Assembly (NCBI GenBank): GCA_965225945.1
Contig: CBDDBZ010000009.1
Location: 1-41,854, forward strand
Direction of reading: 5' to 3'
DNA length: 41,854 nucleotides
Origin: Alphaproteobacteria bacterium
GTDB taxonomy: Bacteria > Pseudomonadota > Alphaproteobacteria > GCA-2731375
The notes under the pieces: model-generated
Seen by the model: the letters and a program-made list of their open reading frames with translations, nothing else
Database searches by the model: none
What the model was told of the DNA's origin: nothing
Shown: positions 18,889 through 27,765 of the stretch, one piece after another
How positions within the stretch are numbered: the first letter of the stretch is position 1
Layout: the number at the start of each line of letters is the position of its first letter
Made by a program: the position numbers and the translations under genes

Positions 18889-21582
18889 TCAGCCTTTGCG
18901 CTCCGCCGGCCCGGCCCGGGCGCCGTTCGGCGCGACCAAGGGAACCAGGCTCGGAAGAATTAAGAGCGTGCATATCAATGTAAACAGGATGGCGATGGTC
19001 AAGAGCTCGCCCATGCTCGCCATGCCGCGGTGGGCCGAGATCGCCAAGCTGCCGAAGGAGGCGAGCGTCGTGAGCGTGCTGAAGAGCACGGCCCTCGGCG
19101 TCGTCGTCCGCATCAGCAGGGCGGGGTCTGCGAGCTGGCCCAACCGCTCCACGACGTGGATGTTGCTGGCGACGCCGAGGCCGAAGAGGAGCGGCAGCGT
19201 GATCACGTTGGCGAAGTTCAGATCGAGGCCGATCGCCGCCGCGCCGGCGAGGGTGAAGCCTGCGGCCAGGGCCAGTGGCGCCAAGGTCAGCAGAACCAGC
19301 GAGAAGCGCCGATGAACCGCGACCAGCAGGATCGCTATGGCCACCACGGCGAGCGCCGTCGCGATCAGAAAGGCCTCGATCACCACCTCGCTGGCGCCGG
19401 AGACGGTGATCGCCGATCCGACGGCATCGGGCGCCTCCCGGCTCACCGCATCGACGAATCGCTTCAGGTTTTCGCGCACCATGAGATCGCGCGTCGGGGC
19501 GGCCCGAATACGATAGACGTCGCCGACACCCACCCAGCGCGCGCGCAGGGCGTCCGGCACCGCCTCGACCGTCGTCTCCGCCGCTCGCAGCGCCAGCGAC
19601 AAATCCACGATCATTCGCGGGAAGTGTCCCAGCAGGCGATGCTCCAGATCGCGAACCGCCTCCGGGCCCCGCGCCGCGAGAATCTCGAAGGCGCGGCTTG
19701 CACGGCGAATCGAGTCACCGAGCGGGCCGGCGCGTTCCGCCCCGCCCGCGAGCCCGGCCCAGGTCTCGCCCGTGTGGCGGAGGGCCGCCACGCGGTCTTC
19801 CTCGCCGCTGCTGGTCGCCTCCGCGAGCGCGAGCAGCGGCGCCAGATAGAACGCCATCTCCTCGACGACGGCGAGCTTCTCCTCCTGGCCCGAGGGCACG
19901 AAGCTCGCGAGGGTGAGGCTGCGGCGGACCTCGTCGGATCGCTCGAGCCGAAGGGCCAGGCGGACCGCCGAGGCCAGATCCGGCGCCAGAATGTCGACCG
20001 CATAGGGCGAGGCCTCGGGATCGGCGCTCAATTCGAGGAAGGTCGCCACCGATTCCGATTCCGGATCGCGAAGATTGACCGGATTGAGGTCGAAACCGAC
20101 CCGAGGCAGCCAGAAGAGTGCCACGATCATCGCCGCGAGCGATACCACCAGCACCGAGCGATGGTGGCGGGTCACGACGTGTTCCAACAGGCGCCACGGC
20201 TTGTTGTGCGGCCATCGCGCCTCGGGGCGGCCAGGCAGCAGTGCTAATAGCGCGGGAAGCACGGTCAGGTTCGCCACATAGGCGAGCCCCATGCTGACGC
20301 CGGAAATCAGCCCCAGCTCGGCGAAGCCCCGATAGTCCGTGGGCAGAAAGGCGAAGAACCCGAGCCCCGCCGCCAGCGCGGCGATGGCCAGCCCCCGGGC
20401 GACGCCCCGGGCCGCGCGGACCAGCGCCGCCCTCTCGTCGCCGTCGCCTTCAGCCAGCTCCTCGCGAAACCTGAGACAGAAGTGGATCGAGAAATCCACC
20501 GCCAAGCCGATGAAGAGCACCGCGAAGGCGACCGAAAGCAGGTTCAGATGGCCGACCGCGAGGGTCGCGAATCCGGCGCTCCACGAAAGGCCCATCAGAA
20601 GCGTGACGAGGGTCGCGATCACCAGACGGATAGCGCGAAGGCCGAGACCGAGCAGCAGGGCGACCAGCCCGAGCGAGAGAAGACCCGCCGTGGTGCCGCC
20701 GAGCTTGGCGCTCTCCAGCTCCTCCTGCCGCATCGCCGGTGTGCCGGTGAGCCGCAGCCGCGTGCCGTTGCTCGGGCCGATGCCGACCTGGCGCGCGAGC
20801 GCCCGCACCTCCGCCATCGCGACGCGGGCCGGTGCCAGGCTCGCGGTGTCGAGACGGGGCCGCGCCAGGATGATCTCTCGCGCGTCGTGCGCATCGCCCG
20901 CCTCTCCGGCCATCACGCGCCGCCAGGAAAGCCTCGCCGGCCGGCCGACGGCCGCCGCCTCGCCGACATCGGCGATCCGTTCCGCCAGATCGCGAAGCGC
21001 GGGCTCGGAAGCGCCCGCCTCGCCGACGCGGCGAAAGGCAAGGGTCATCACCTTCAGCAAGCCGGCGAGCGAGGGCTCGCGGGCCAAGGCGCCCAACAGC
21101 GGTTCCGCGGCCGCGAGCCGGTCGGCGAGCGCCTCGAGCGCCTCGATTTCCATGTAGAGAAACCCGTTTCGGCGCAAAAAGATTTCGCCCGACGGCCAAT
21201 AGACGCTCTCGAAGTGGGGCGAGGCCCGCAGGCGCGCCGCCAAGGCTTCGGCGTGCCCAGCGGCGGCTTCCGGCTCGCCGCCGTCGATCACGATCACGAG
21301 GGCGTCGTCGAGCTTCGGAAAGACGCGCTGAAAGGCCGTATCGTGGCGCCGGAACGGCACGTCCTCGGCGATCATGTTGGTCGTGTCGGTATCGATCACG
21401 AGCTGGCGATGGGCGAGCAGAAGGGAGGCGACGGTCACCAGGGCGGCCAGCAACAACACCCACGGCGCGCGTCGCGCGACGCCACCGACCCAGGCCCCGA
21501 CCAACCGCGCCCAAGGGTCCGAGCCCGCGAGATCTTCGAACTCTCGCCTCGAGCCACCTTCAACTCGGGACGGTCTCGACAT
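18889..21582 (-). CDS. hpnN: MMPL/RND-like transporter, hopanoid-associated HpnN type
   Basis: 897 aa with two TM clusters; GHLNLLSVAFAVLFIGLAVDFSIHF, DLNPVNLRDP.SESV, NFANVI.LPLLFGLGV, AISAHRGMASMG. Confidence 0.8.
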   Translation of the reverse strand: MSRPSRVEGGSRREFEDLAGSDPWARLVGAWVGGVARRAPWVLLLAALVTVASLLLAHRQLVIDTDTTNMIAEDVPFRRHDTAFQRVFPKLDDALVIVIDGGEPEAAAGHAEALAARLRASPHFESVYWPSGEIFLRRNGFLYMEIEALEALADRLAAAEPLLGALAREPSLAGLLKVMTLAFRRVGEAGASEPALRDLAERIADVGEAAAVGRPARLSWRRVMAGEAGDAHDAREIILARPRLDTASLAPARVAMAEVRALARQVGIGPSNGTRLRLTGTPAMRQEELESAKLGGTTAGLLSLGLVALLLGLGLRAIRLVIATLVTLLMGLSWSAGFATLAVGHLNLLSVAFAVLFIGLAVDFSIHFCLRFREELAEGDGDERAALVRAARGVARGLAIAALAAGLGFFAFLPTDYRGFAELGLISGVSMGLAYVANLTVLPALLALLPGRPEARWPHNKPWRLLEHVVTRHHRSVLVVSLAAMIVALFWLPRVGFDLNPVNLRDPESESVATFLELSADPEASPYAVDILAPDLASAVRLALRLERSDEVRRSLTLASFVPSGQEEKLAVVEEMAFYLAPLLALAEATSSGEEDRVAALRHTGETWAGLAGGAERAGPLGDSIRRASRAFEILAARGPEAVRDLEHRLLGHFPRMIVDLSLALRAAETTVEAVPDALRARWVGVGDVYRIRAAPTRDLMVRENLKRFVDAVSREAPDAVGSAITVSGASEVVIEAFLIATALAVVAIAILLVAVHRRFSLVLLTLAPLALAAGFTLAGAAAIGLDLNFANVITLPLLFGLGVASNIHVVERLGQLADPALLMRTTTPRAVLFSTLTTLASFGSLAISAHRGMASMGELLTIAILFTLICTLLILPSLVPLVAPNGARAGPAERKG

Positions 21583-21615
21583 ATATAAGCCCCGGTTAGA
21601 ACTTTCTCGGAGGTC

Positions 21616-22305
21616 GTGATGACCGCTAGGAGCGTGGTGTCGGCCTCGCCGGACAGCACCTCACATAGCGCCCGGCGCCATCGGCCGCAACCGGCCCGTG
21701 TCGTTTGCGGCGGGCTCCTGTCGCTCGCGCTCGCACTATTCGCGGGCGGCCCGGCGCGCGCCTCGGAGCCCTCGGTCGCGCTGATCGATCGGCTCAACAC
21801 CGGCATGCTGGAGATCATGCGGCGCGCCGACGACCTGGGCTTCCAGGGTCGCATCACGGCCTTCGAAATCCTGCTCGCCGACACCTACAATCTCAGGATC
21901 ATGGCCAAGGTCGCCGTCGGCCGCCAGTGGCGCTCTCTCGATGACGCGCGGAAGGACCAGTTGGTCGCCGCCTTCACGGCGATGACGGTCGCGACCTATG
22001 CCAACCGCTTCAAGGGCTATTCCGGCGAAAGCTTCGAGATCGACGGCAGCGAGCCCTCGATCCGGGGCATGGTGCTGGTCAAGAGCCGCCTCATGCGCGG
22101 CAACGGCGAGGCGGTCGACCTCAACTATCTGACCAAGTCCTACCGCGACGGCTGGCGTATCGTCGACGTCTATCTCGACGCCAAATACAGCGAACTGGCG
22201 AGGCTTCGCGCCGAATTCGCCTCGGTCATCGCGAAGGAAGGCTATGACGGCCTGATTCGCCGCATCGAGGAACGGACCGCCGAGGCCGCGCCGGGCCAAG
22301 GATGA
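21616..22305 (+). CDS. hpnM: HpnM/MlaC (Ttg2D)-family periplasmic lipid-binding protein
   Basis: Signal peptide, TYANRF.GYSGE.F, WRIVDVYL....SELA..RAEF; divergent from hpnN. Confidence 0.75.
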   Translation: MMTARSVVSASPDSTSHSARRHRPQPARVVCGGLLSLALALFAGGPARASEPSVALIDRLNTGMLEIMRRADDLGFQGRITAFEILLADTYNLRIMAKVAVGRQWRSLDDARKDQLVAAFTAMTVATYANRFKGYSGESFEIDGSEPSIRGMVLVKSRLMRGNGEAVDLNYLTKSYRDGWRIVDVYLDAKYSELARLRAEFASVIAKEGYDGLIRRIEERTAEAAPGQG

Positions 22306-22338
22306 TGCGGCCGGCTCGAGCGCGCGCCCGCGAACACC

Positions 22339-22809
22339 ATGGCTAGGCCACCGCGCCCGGCCGCGGGCCGCGCGGTGGCGGGCGCCCCCCGGCTCGAGGT
22401 CCTCCCCGGCATCGCCATTCCGGAACGCGAACTCCACGAGCGGTTCATTCACGCCGGCGGCCCCGGCGGGCAGAACGTCGACCACGTCGCCACCGCCGTG
22501 CAGTTGCGTTTCGACGTCGCCGCCTCGCCCACGCTGCCGGAAGCGATCAAGCGACGGCTTCGGCGCCTGGCCGGGCGGCGCTTGACGGCGGAAGGTGTCC
22601 TGGTGATCGAGGCACGACGTTTCCGCGCGCGCGAACGCAATCGTCTCGACGCGCGGGCGCGGCTCGTGGCGCTGCTGCGCCGGGCCGCGGCGGCACCCCG
22701 GCCACGCCGGCCCACCAAGCCCTCGCGCGCCGTCCGGGCGAGGCGGCTCCAGGCCAAGCGGGCGCGGGCCGATGTCAAGCAGCGACGCCGCCCACCGAAT
22801 TCCGATTGA
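22339..22809 (+). CDS. arfB: Alternative ribosome-rescue peptidyl-tRNA hydrolase ArfB (YaeJ)
   Basis: GPGGQNV GGQ motif, VQLRFD, basic tail R.PTKPS...RRL..K. Confidence 0.92.
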   Translation: MARPPRPAAGRAVAGAPRLEVLPGIAIPERELHERFIHAGGPGGQNVDHVATAVQLRFDVAASPTLPEAIKRRLRRLAGRRLTAEGVLVIEARRFRARERNRLDARARLVALLRRAAAAPRPRRPTKPSRAVRARRLQAKRARADVKQRRRPPNSD

Positions 22810-24040
22810 GCCTGCGGCCGAGCAGCAGTGCCAGCGGGATGGTGAGGAAGATCATCGCCGAGAGGCACGCCAGCGTCACGGTGACGCTGGTGGCATCGCT
22901 CAAGACGCCGAAGAGGAACGGCGCCGTCGCCCCGCCGCCGATGCCGAGCGTGTAGAAGAGCCCGAAACCGCGGGCTCGGCGCTCGGGCGAGACGAACTCC
23001 GGAAGCGTCCCGTAAAGCACCGACGAGGTGCCGTTCAGCATCGCGCCCAGAAACGGCAGCAGCCCCATCGAGGGCCCGAGCGGCAGGACCAGAAGCACCA
23101 GGATCAGGGCGCCGGTCAGGGCCTCGGTCAAAACCACGCTCGCCGTGATCCCGAAGCGCTCGGCCAGCATGCCGCAGAGGAACTTGCCGGCGGCGCCACC
23201 GATGAACACGAGGGCGAGCGCGAAGCCGATCCCGGCCGCCTCGATCCCCTTAGCCAGCAGCAGGAACGGCAGAAAGGTGAGGCACGCGGTGCGACTCGCC
23301 CCGTCGATCACCTCGATCACGGCCAAGAGCGCGAAGCCATGGCGATCGCCGATGCCCCAGTCGAAGCCAGCCCCACCGCGCGTCCGCTGGGCCGCGCGCG
23401 CCCGCGTGACCGCCGCCCCGACGCCGAGCGCGGCGAACGCCAGCCCGATGACGAGCGCCATGGCGATCCCGGCGGCGCCGTAGCCGCCGGCGATCAGGCG
23501 CCAGCCGAGAATTCCCACCAGCAGGCCCGCCAGCGCCGGCACCACCGCCTTGCCCACGTCGCCCGCGAAGTTGTAGATGCCGATCGCGCGCCGCTGGCCC
23601 GCGCCCTCGTAGACGCGCGAGACCAGCGAGGCGCAGAGCGGATGCTGCACGCTGGAGCCGAAGCCGGCGAGGACGAGGAACCCGATCAGCCCGACGACGC
23701 CCTCGGCGAAGCCGAGGCAGACGAAGGCGCCGCCGGTGACGGCGGTGCCGACGACCAGCAGGCCACGTTCGCCCAGCTTCTCCGCCAGCAGGCCCGCCGG
23801 GATCTGCCCGACGGCGAGCGCGGCGGAAAACAGCGACTTGATGATGCCGACGACGGTCAACGTGAGCGCGAACTCCAGCTGCCAGAGCGGCAGGAGGAAA
23901 TAGATCACGTCGGAAAAGCCGTCATGGACGGAGTGGATGCCACAACAGGCGCCGAGCGTCGCCCGCCGCTTGCGCCGCTCGGGCGCCGCCGGTCCGCTCG
24001 GAGACGGTCCGGCCTCGATATCGATCCCGCCGACGCTCAT
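22775..24040 (-). CDS. MFS transporter
   Basis: About 12 hydrophobic helices, G.LAEKLG.R motif A, AIGIYNFAGDVGK. Confidence 0.9.
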   Translation of the reverse strand: MSVGGIDIEAGPSPSGPAAPERRKRRATLGACCGIHSVHDGFSDVIYFLLPLWQLEFALTLTVVGIIKSLFSAALAVGQIPAGLLAEKLGERGLLVVGTAVTGGAFVCLGFAEGVVGLIGFLVLAGFGSSVQHPLCASLVSRVYEGAGQRRAIGIYNFAGDVGKAVVPALAGLLVGILGWRLIAGGYGAAGIAMALVIGLAFAALGVGAAVTRARAAQRTRGGAGFDWGIGDRHGFALLAVIEVIDGASRTACLTFLPFLLLAKGIEAAGIGFALALVFIGGAAGKFLCGMLAERFGITASVVLTEALTGALILVLLVLPLGPSMGLLPFLGAMLNGTSSVLYGTLPEFVSPERRARGFGLFYTLGIGGGATAPFLFGVLSDATSVTVTLACLSAMIFLTIPLALLLGRRLNRNSVGGVAA

Positions 24041-24131
24041 CGCACGCTACCTTCGATCCAAGGCGCGATAGATACGCTCCGGTGACGTGGCGTTCCAGAA
24101 GTATCGCGGTTTCGTGACGCTCTCGCGCGCC

Positions 24132-24950
24132 TCAGGAGGTGTCGGGCACGAAAGGCCGAACCTCGATGCCGTCGGCGTCGGCGATGACCAGTTGCGATTC
24201 CTCGATCGCCGTCCAGTTTCCGCCGACATCGTCCAACGGCTCGGACACGACCAGCAGCCCGCGGCGGGCCGCCTCGTCCCCGAGCCCGGCCGCGCCCAGC
24301 GCCTCGGCGCCGATGCCGGCATACAACGTCGGCGACTTGGCATCGCTCGAATGGCGCAGCGCGATGATCCGCTCGGAGTCCGAGAGCGCGAGCGAGATGC
24401 GGAGAGGCGCCTGGACGCCGTGGTCCGCCATCACCCGCTCCACCTGCCCGACGGTACGGGCGAGCGCAGCCTCCGGATCCCGGTCGAGGCCATGGCTCAG
24501 CGCCAGGCAGAACATCGCCTCGCTGTCGGTGGTGCCGACCCGCGCGCGGTAGAATTCCGGCGCGATCATCGCCTCGAGAGCGCGCCGCACCTCCCACCAG
24601 CCGCCGATGCGACCGTTGTGCATGAAGAGCCAGCGGCCGAAGCGGAAGGGATGACAGTTGGCCCGGCTGGTAGAGGTGCCGGTCGAGGCGCGGACATGGG
24701 CCAGGAACAGGCCGGCGCGGATCTGCTCGGTGATCGCCAGCAGGTTTTCGTCGTTCCAGGCCGGCAGCACGTCGCGAAAGACGCCGGGCTCGGCGCGGTG
24801 GGCGTACCAGCCGATGCCGAAGCCGTCGCCGTTGGTGGTGGAGACCGATTCCCGGGCATGCAGGCTCTGGTCGATGAGCGAGTTCTCCGGCTCGAACAGC
24901 AATTCGGAGAGAAAGATCGGCGCCCCGAGATAGGCGAGCCAGCGACACAT
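24132..24950 (-). CDS. Class II glutamine amidotransferase (YafJ/EgtC-like Ntn hydrolase)
   Basis: MCRWLAY (Cys2 nucleophile), NGDGFG.GWY, AHVRAST, NCHPF, HNG, G.TDSE, SEPLD. Confidence 0.92.
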   Translation of the reverse strand: MCRWLAYLGAPIFLSELLFEPENSLIDQSLHARESVSTTNGDGFGIGWYAHRAEPGVFRDVLPAWNDENLLAITEQIRAGLFLAHVRASTGTSTSRANCHPFRFGRWLFMHNGRIGGWWEVRRALEAMIAPEFYRARVGTTDSEAMFCLALSHGLDRDPEAALARTVGQVERVMADHGVQAPLRISLALSDSERIIALRHSSDAKSPTLYAGIGAEALGAAGLGDEAARRGLLVVSEPLDDVGGNWTAIEESQLVIADADGIEVRPFVPDTS

Positions 24951-24984
24951 CGGCGTTTTCTCCCTCGTTGTCGGCCCGGTGCCC

Positions 24985-25389
24985 CTACCAGAGCGGCGTT
25001 TCGTCCACGGTGGAGACGTGCGCCGCCACCACCTTCCAGCCGAGCCCGGGGAAGCGCGCCCAGGTCTGGCTCTGGCGGCCGATCAGATCGCGGTCGCGGA
25101 CCTTGAACTCCAGGTTGACCACGGCATGGTCGCGCCCAAGGGTCAGGATCTCCAGGCGCCGACGAGCCTCCTTGATCCCAGGCCCGGCCGGCCGGGCGAC
25201 CCGATGCCGGTGGATTTCCTCGAAGCCGTAGCCGTTCTCGTGCATGGCGTAGCGGATGGTATGCGGGCTCTCCCAGAAAGTAGCGTCGAGCACCGCTACG
25301 TCCTTTTCCACCAGCGCCGTCTCGTAAGCTTCGAAGAGGCCGCGGATCTCCTCGACGATCTCGGGCAGGTTCGGTGTCAGGTCGCTCAT
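24985..25389 (-). CDS. AtzH/HpxZ-like (DUF3225) protein
   Basis: F..YE.AL...DV.VLD..FW.SP.TIRY...EN.YG, GRQSQTW, GWKVVAAHVS; ATGA coupling to the amidase. Confidence 0.9.
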   Translation of the reverse strand: MSDLTPNLPEIVEEIRGLFEAYETALVEKDVAVLDATFWESPHTIRYAMHENGYGFEEIHRHRVARPAGPGIKEARRRLEILTLGRDHAVVNLEFKVRDRDLIGRQSQTWARFPGLGWKVVAAHVSTVDETPLW

Positions 25390-26570
25390 GGCCGTTCTCC
25401 CATCGCCCGGGCGAGCGCGACCAGGCTGGCGTCCGTGCCGGGGCCACCGACGATGGAGAGGCCGACCGGCAAGCCGTCCACCGTCGCTCCCGGCAGGCTC
25501 ACCTGCGGCACGCCGGCCAGCCCGCCGTGGCTCGCCAGTGTGGCGATCCGCTGGCGGAGCGGCTCCTGGGCAGAGATCGCCAGACCCTTGGGCGGCGCCG
25601 GAAAGGGCGTCGTGGGCAGGCAGAGGACCGTACCGGGCGGCAGCAGATGTCGCAGGCGCGCGCGGGCTTCCGCCCGCATCAAGGCCGCCCATTGTCGCTC
25701 GGTCTCGGGAATGTTCGCGGCCAGCGCCAGATTACGGGCGACGGAGAAGGCGAAGCGCGGGTTTTCGCAATCGATCCAGTCCTTGAAGGTGAGCCAGCCT
25801 TCGTAAGGCTGCAAGGTGCGTTGCGCGCGGGCCCAGACCGAGAGGCCGGGCGGCGCCATGGTCTCCTCCGCCACCTCGCCGACGATTGCGCCGAGGCGGG
25901 CGACCATCGGCTGGAGTGCCTCGGCCACCGCGTCGTCGGCGAAGCCGAAGGCATCGACCGCCACCAGCAGCCGGTCGGGCAATTCCGCGGGAATCGCCTC
26001 CTCCAGCAGGACGGCGGAGACAGCCGCGAAGGTTTCGCCGTCGCGGGCGAACCAGCCGGCGGTATCCGAGCTCGGCGCCTGCGCCATCAGCCCCGAGAGG
26101 TCGAGCCGGCCCCAGGTCGGGCGGATGCCATGGATCCCGCAGAAGCTCGCCGGCACCCGGACCGAGCCTCCGGTATCGCTACCGAGCGCGGTATCGCAGA
26201 GGCCCGAGGCGACCGCCGAGGCCGAGCCCGAGGAGGAGCCGCCCGGCACCCGGTCCGGGGCCCGGGGATTGAGCGGGGTACCGTCGAAGGCGCTTTCCCC
26301 CAAGATGCCGAGGGAGATCTCGTCGGTCACGGTCTTGCCGATCAGCGTGGCGCCCGCCGCCAGCAGGGTCTCCACCGCCCAGGCATGGCGTTCCGGCACC
26401 GGGTTGTGGCGGGCCCAGTCGTGGTTGCCGCCGCCGGTCGGATGGCCCGCGACGTCGTAGAGATCCTTGACCGCGAAGCTGAGGCCGGCGAGCGGCCCGC
26501 CCGCCTGGCCCTCGATCCGAAACTCTCCGCCCGGAACGAAGGCGCTGCTCGATTGCCGGCCAGCGGGCAT
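25386..26570 (-). CDS. Amidase-signature family amidase
   Basis: GPLAGL.FAVKD, PGGSSSGSA, GSDTGGSVRVPASFCG. Confidence 0.93.
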   Translation of the reverse strand: MPAGRQSSSAFVPGGEFRIEGQAGGPLAGLSFAVKDLYDVAGHPTGGGNHDWARHNPVPERHAWAVETLLAAGATLIGKTVTDEISLGILGESAFDGTPLNPRAPDRVPGGSSSGSASAVASGLCDTALGSDTGGSVRVPASFCGIHGIRPTWGRLDLSGLMAQAPSSDTAGWFARDGETFAAVSAVLLEEAIPAELPDRLLVAVDAFGFADDAVAEALQPMVARLGAIVGEVAEETMAPPGLSVWARAQRTLQPYEGWLTFKDWIDCENPRFAFSVARNLALAANIPETERQWAALMRAEARARLRHLLPPGTVLCLPTTPFPAPPKGLAISAQEPLRQRIATLASHGGLAGVPQVSLPGATVDGLPVGLSIVGGPGTDASLVALARAMGERP

Positions 26571-26954
26571 CTATTTGCGTTCGACCAGTTGGTAGAGCAC
26601 GCCGTGGCCGTCCTTCGGATGGATGAAGACCATGTGGCCGGCCTCGATCACGCGGGCGCCGTTGGCCTTCATTTCCGCCGTCGCGGCGGCCAGGTCGTCG
26701 ACCGCGAGCGCCACCAGATGCAGACCCTCGCCGTGCTTTTCGAGCGCCCGGGCGATCGCGCCCTCGCCCAAGGGCTCCGCCAGCTCGATGAAGCGGCCGG
26801 AATCGCCGAGTGGCAGGATCGCCCGGCGCAATCCCAGCTCCGGCTGCTCCACCGGCGCCTCGCGCGCCTTCATGCCGAGTTTTCCTTCATAGTCCTCCAG
26901 GCTCCGGTCCAGGTCCTCGACCCGGACCACGATATGGTCGATTCCCTTGTGCAT
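26571..26954 (-). CDS. VOC family protein (methylmalonyl-CoA epimerase-like)
   Basis: IDHIVV.V.DL, IEL.EP, GEGLHLVAL.V.D, FIHPK..HGVL.QL. Confidence 0.85.
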   Translation of the reverse strand: MHKGIDHIVVRVEDLDRSLEDYEGKLGMKAREAPVEQPELGLRRAILPLGDSGRFIELAEPLGEGAIARALEKHGEGLHLVALAVDDLAAATAEMKANGARVIEAGHMVFIHPKDGHGVLYQLVERK

Positions 26955-26977
26955 CGTGTTCCCTCCCCACGCGTCCC

Positions 26978-27436
26978 TCAAACCCGCCCGGCGGCCCAAT
27001 TTCGCCGGATCGCCGCGCATTCCTCGCTCCTGACGCCGGTGACGAGATCCAGCGTCCGTGCCGTCAGCGCCAACAACGTCTCGACCGAATAGCCGCCATA
27101 GTCGGTCCGCTGCAAATCGACGTGGCGGGCGCCGAGGACGAGTTGCGCGACACCGGCTTCCTGCAGCGCCCAGCAGCACATCGGACAGGGTTCCATGGTG
27201 GTGTAGCAAGTGGCACCCGAGAGGTCCGTCGTCTCGCCCTTGGCGCAGGCGTCGCGGATCGCATCGACCTCGGCATGCGCCGTCGGATCGTTTTCGGAGC
27301 GGACCCGGTTTCGGCCGATGCCCAGCACCTCGCCATCGCGCACGATGAGCGAGCCGACGGGGATGTTTCCCGCCGCCTCGCCGACCCGCGCCTCGGCGAG
27401 GCAGCGGTCCATGAAGTCGGTGTGTTTGTCGTTCAT
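26978..27436 (-). CDS. Nucleoside/nucleobase deaminase (TadA/GuaD-like zinc deaminase)
   Basis: PVGSLIV, DPTAHAEV.AIR, TMEPCPMC. Confidence 0.9.
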   Translation of the reverse strand: MNDKHTDFMDRCLAEARVGEAAGNIPVGSLIVRDGEVLGIGRNRVRSENDPTAHAEVDAIRDACAKGETTDLSGATCYTTMEPCPMCCWALQEAGVAQLVLGARHVDLQRTDYGGYSVETLLALTARTLDLVTGVRSEECAAIRRNWAAGRV

Positions 27437-27471
27437 CGTGATCTCCGCTCCCTGGGCCTTTGACGGTAGCA

Positions 27472-27639
27472 TCGATGGGGAAAGCTGCGTAGCCCGTTCG
27501 GCGGCCGGTTTCGATCCGGCCGGGGCGAGCCCCCGTCGCCGCGCGGGCGAGGACGCCATGGCATGGATTCGGCGGAAACGTGAACCGCATCACGGCCGGC
27601 GAGTTCGGAACGATGACGTCGGACCGATCGGAAGGTCGA
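27472..27639. repeat. Non-coding segment upstream of the deaminase, copy A (diverged direct repeat of 29863-30030)
   Basis: Shared blocks tcgatggggaaagc.gcgtagcccgttcggcggccgg.ttcgatccg.ccggggcgagcccc, catggcat.gattcg, accgcatcacggccggcg, ccgatcggaaggtcga. Confidence 0.9.
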
Positions 27640-27765
27640 TGGTGCGGGACCGCTACCGATCCTAAGCCGAAGTAGATGACGCCGGGCGCCTATCTGGCTA
27701 ATATTTGCCGAATTTACGGAAGGAGCGAAGATGCGGCCATCATCGTGTTGAGGTAATCTTACGTT

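Noticed and set aside
22775-22809. 35-bp convergent overlap of arfB and the MFS gene as a regulatory device
   Set aside because: Short 3' overlaps are common in GC-rich genomes; nothing else supports a function.
26571-26954. Assigning the symbol mce because meaB is in the window
   Set aside because: Some metal-ligand positions look altered (GLHLV, LYQL) and the gene sits in a different operon about 11 kb from meaB.
26978-27436. Assigning the symbol tadA
   Set aside because: Deaminase motifs are shared across the family; the C-terminus and catabolic context do not support the tRNA-editing enzyme specifically.
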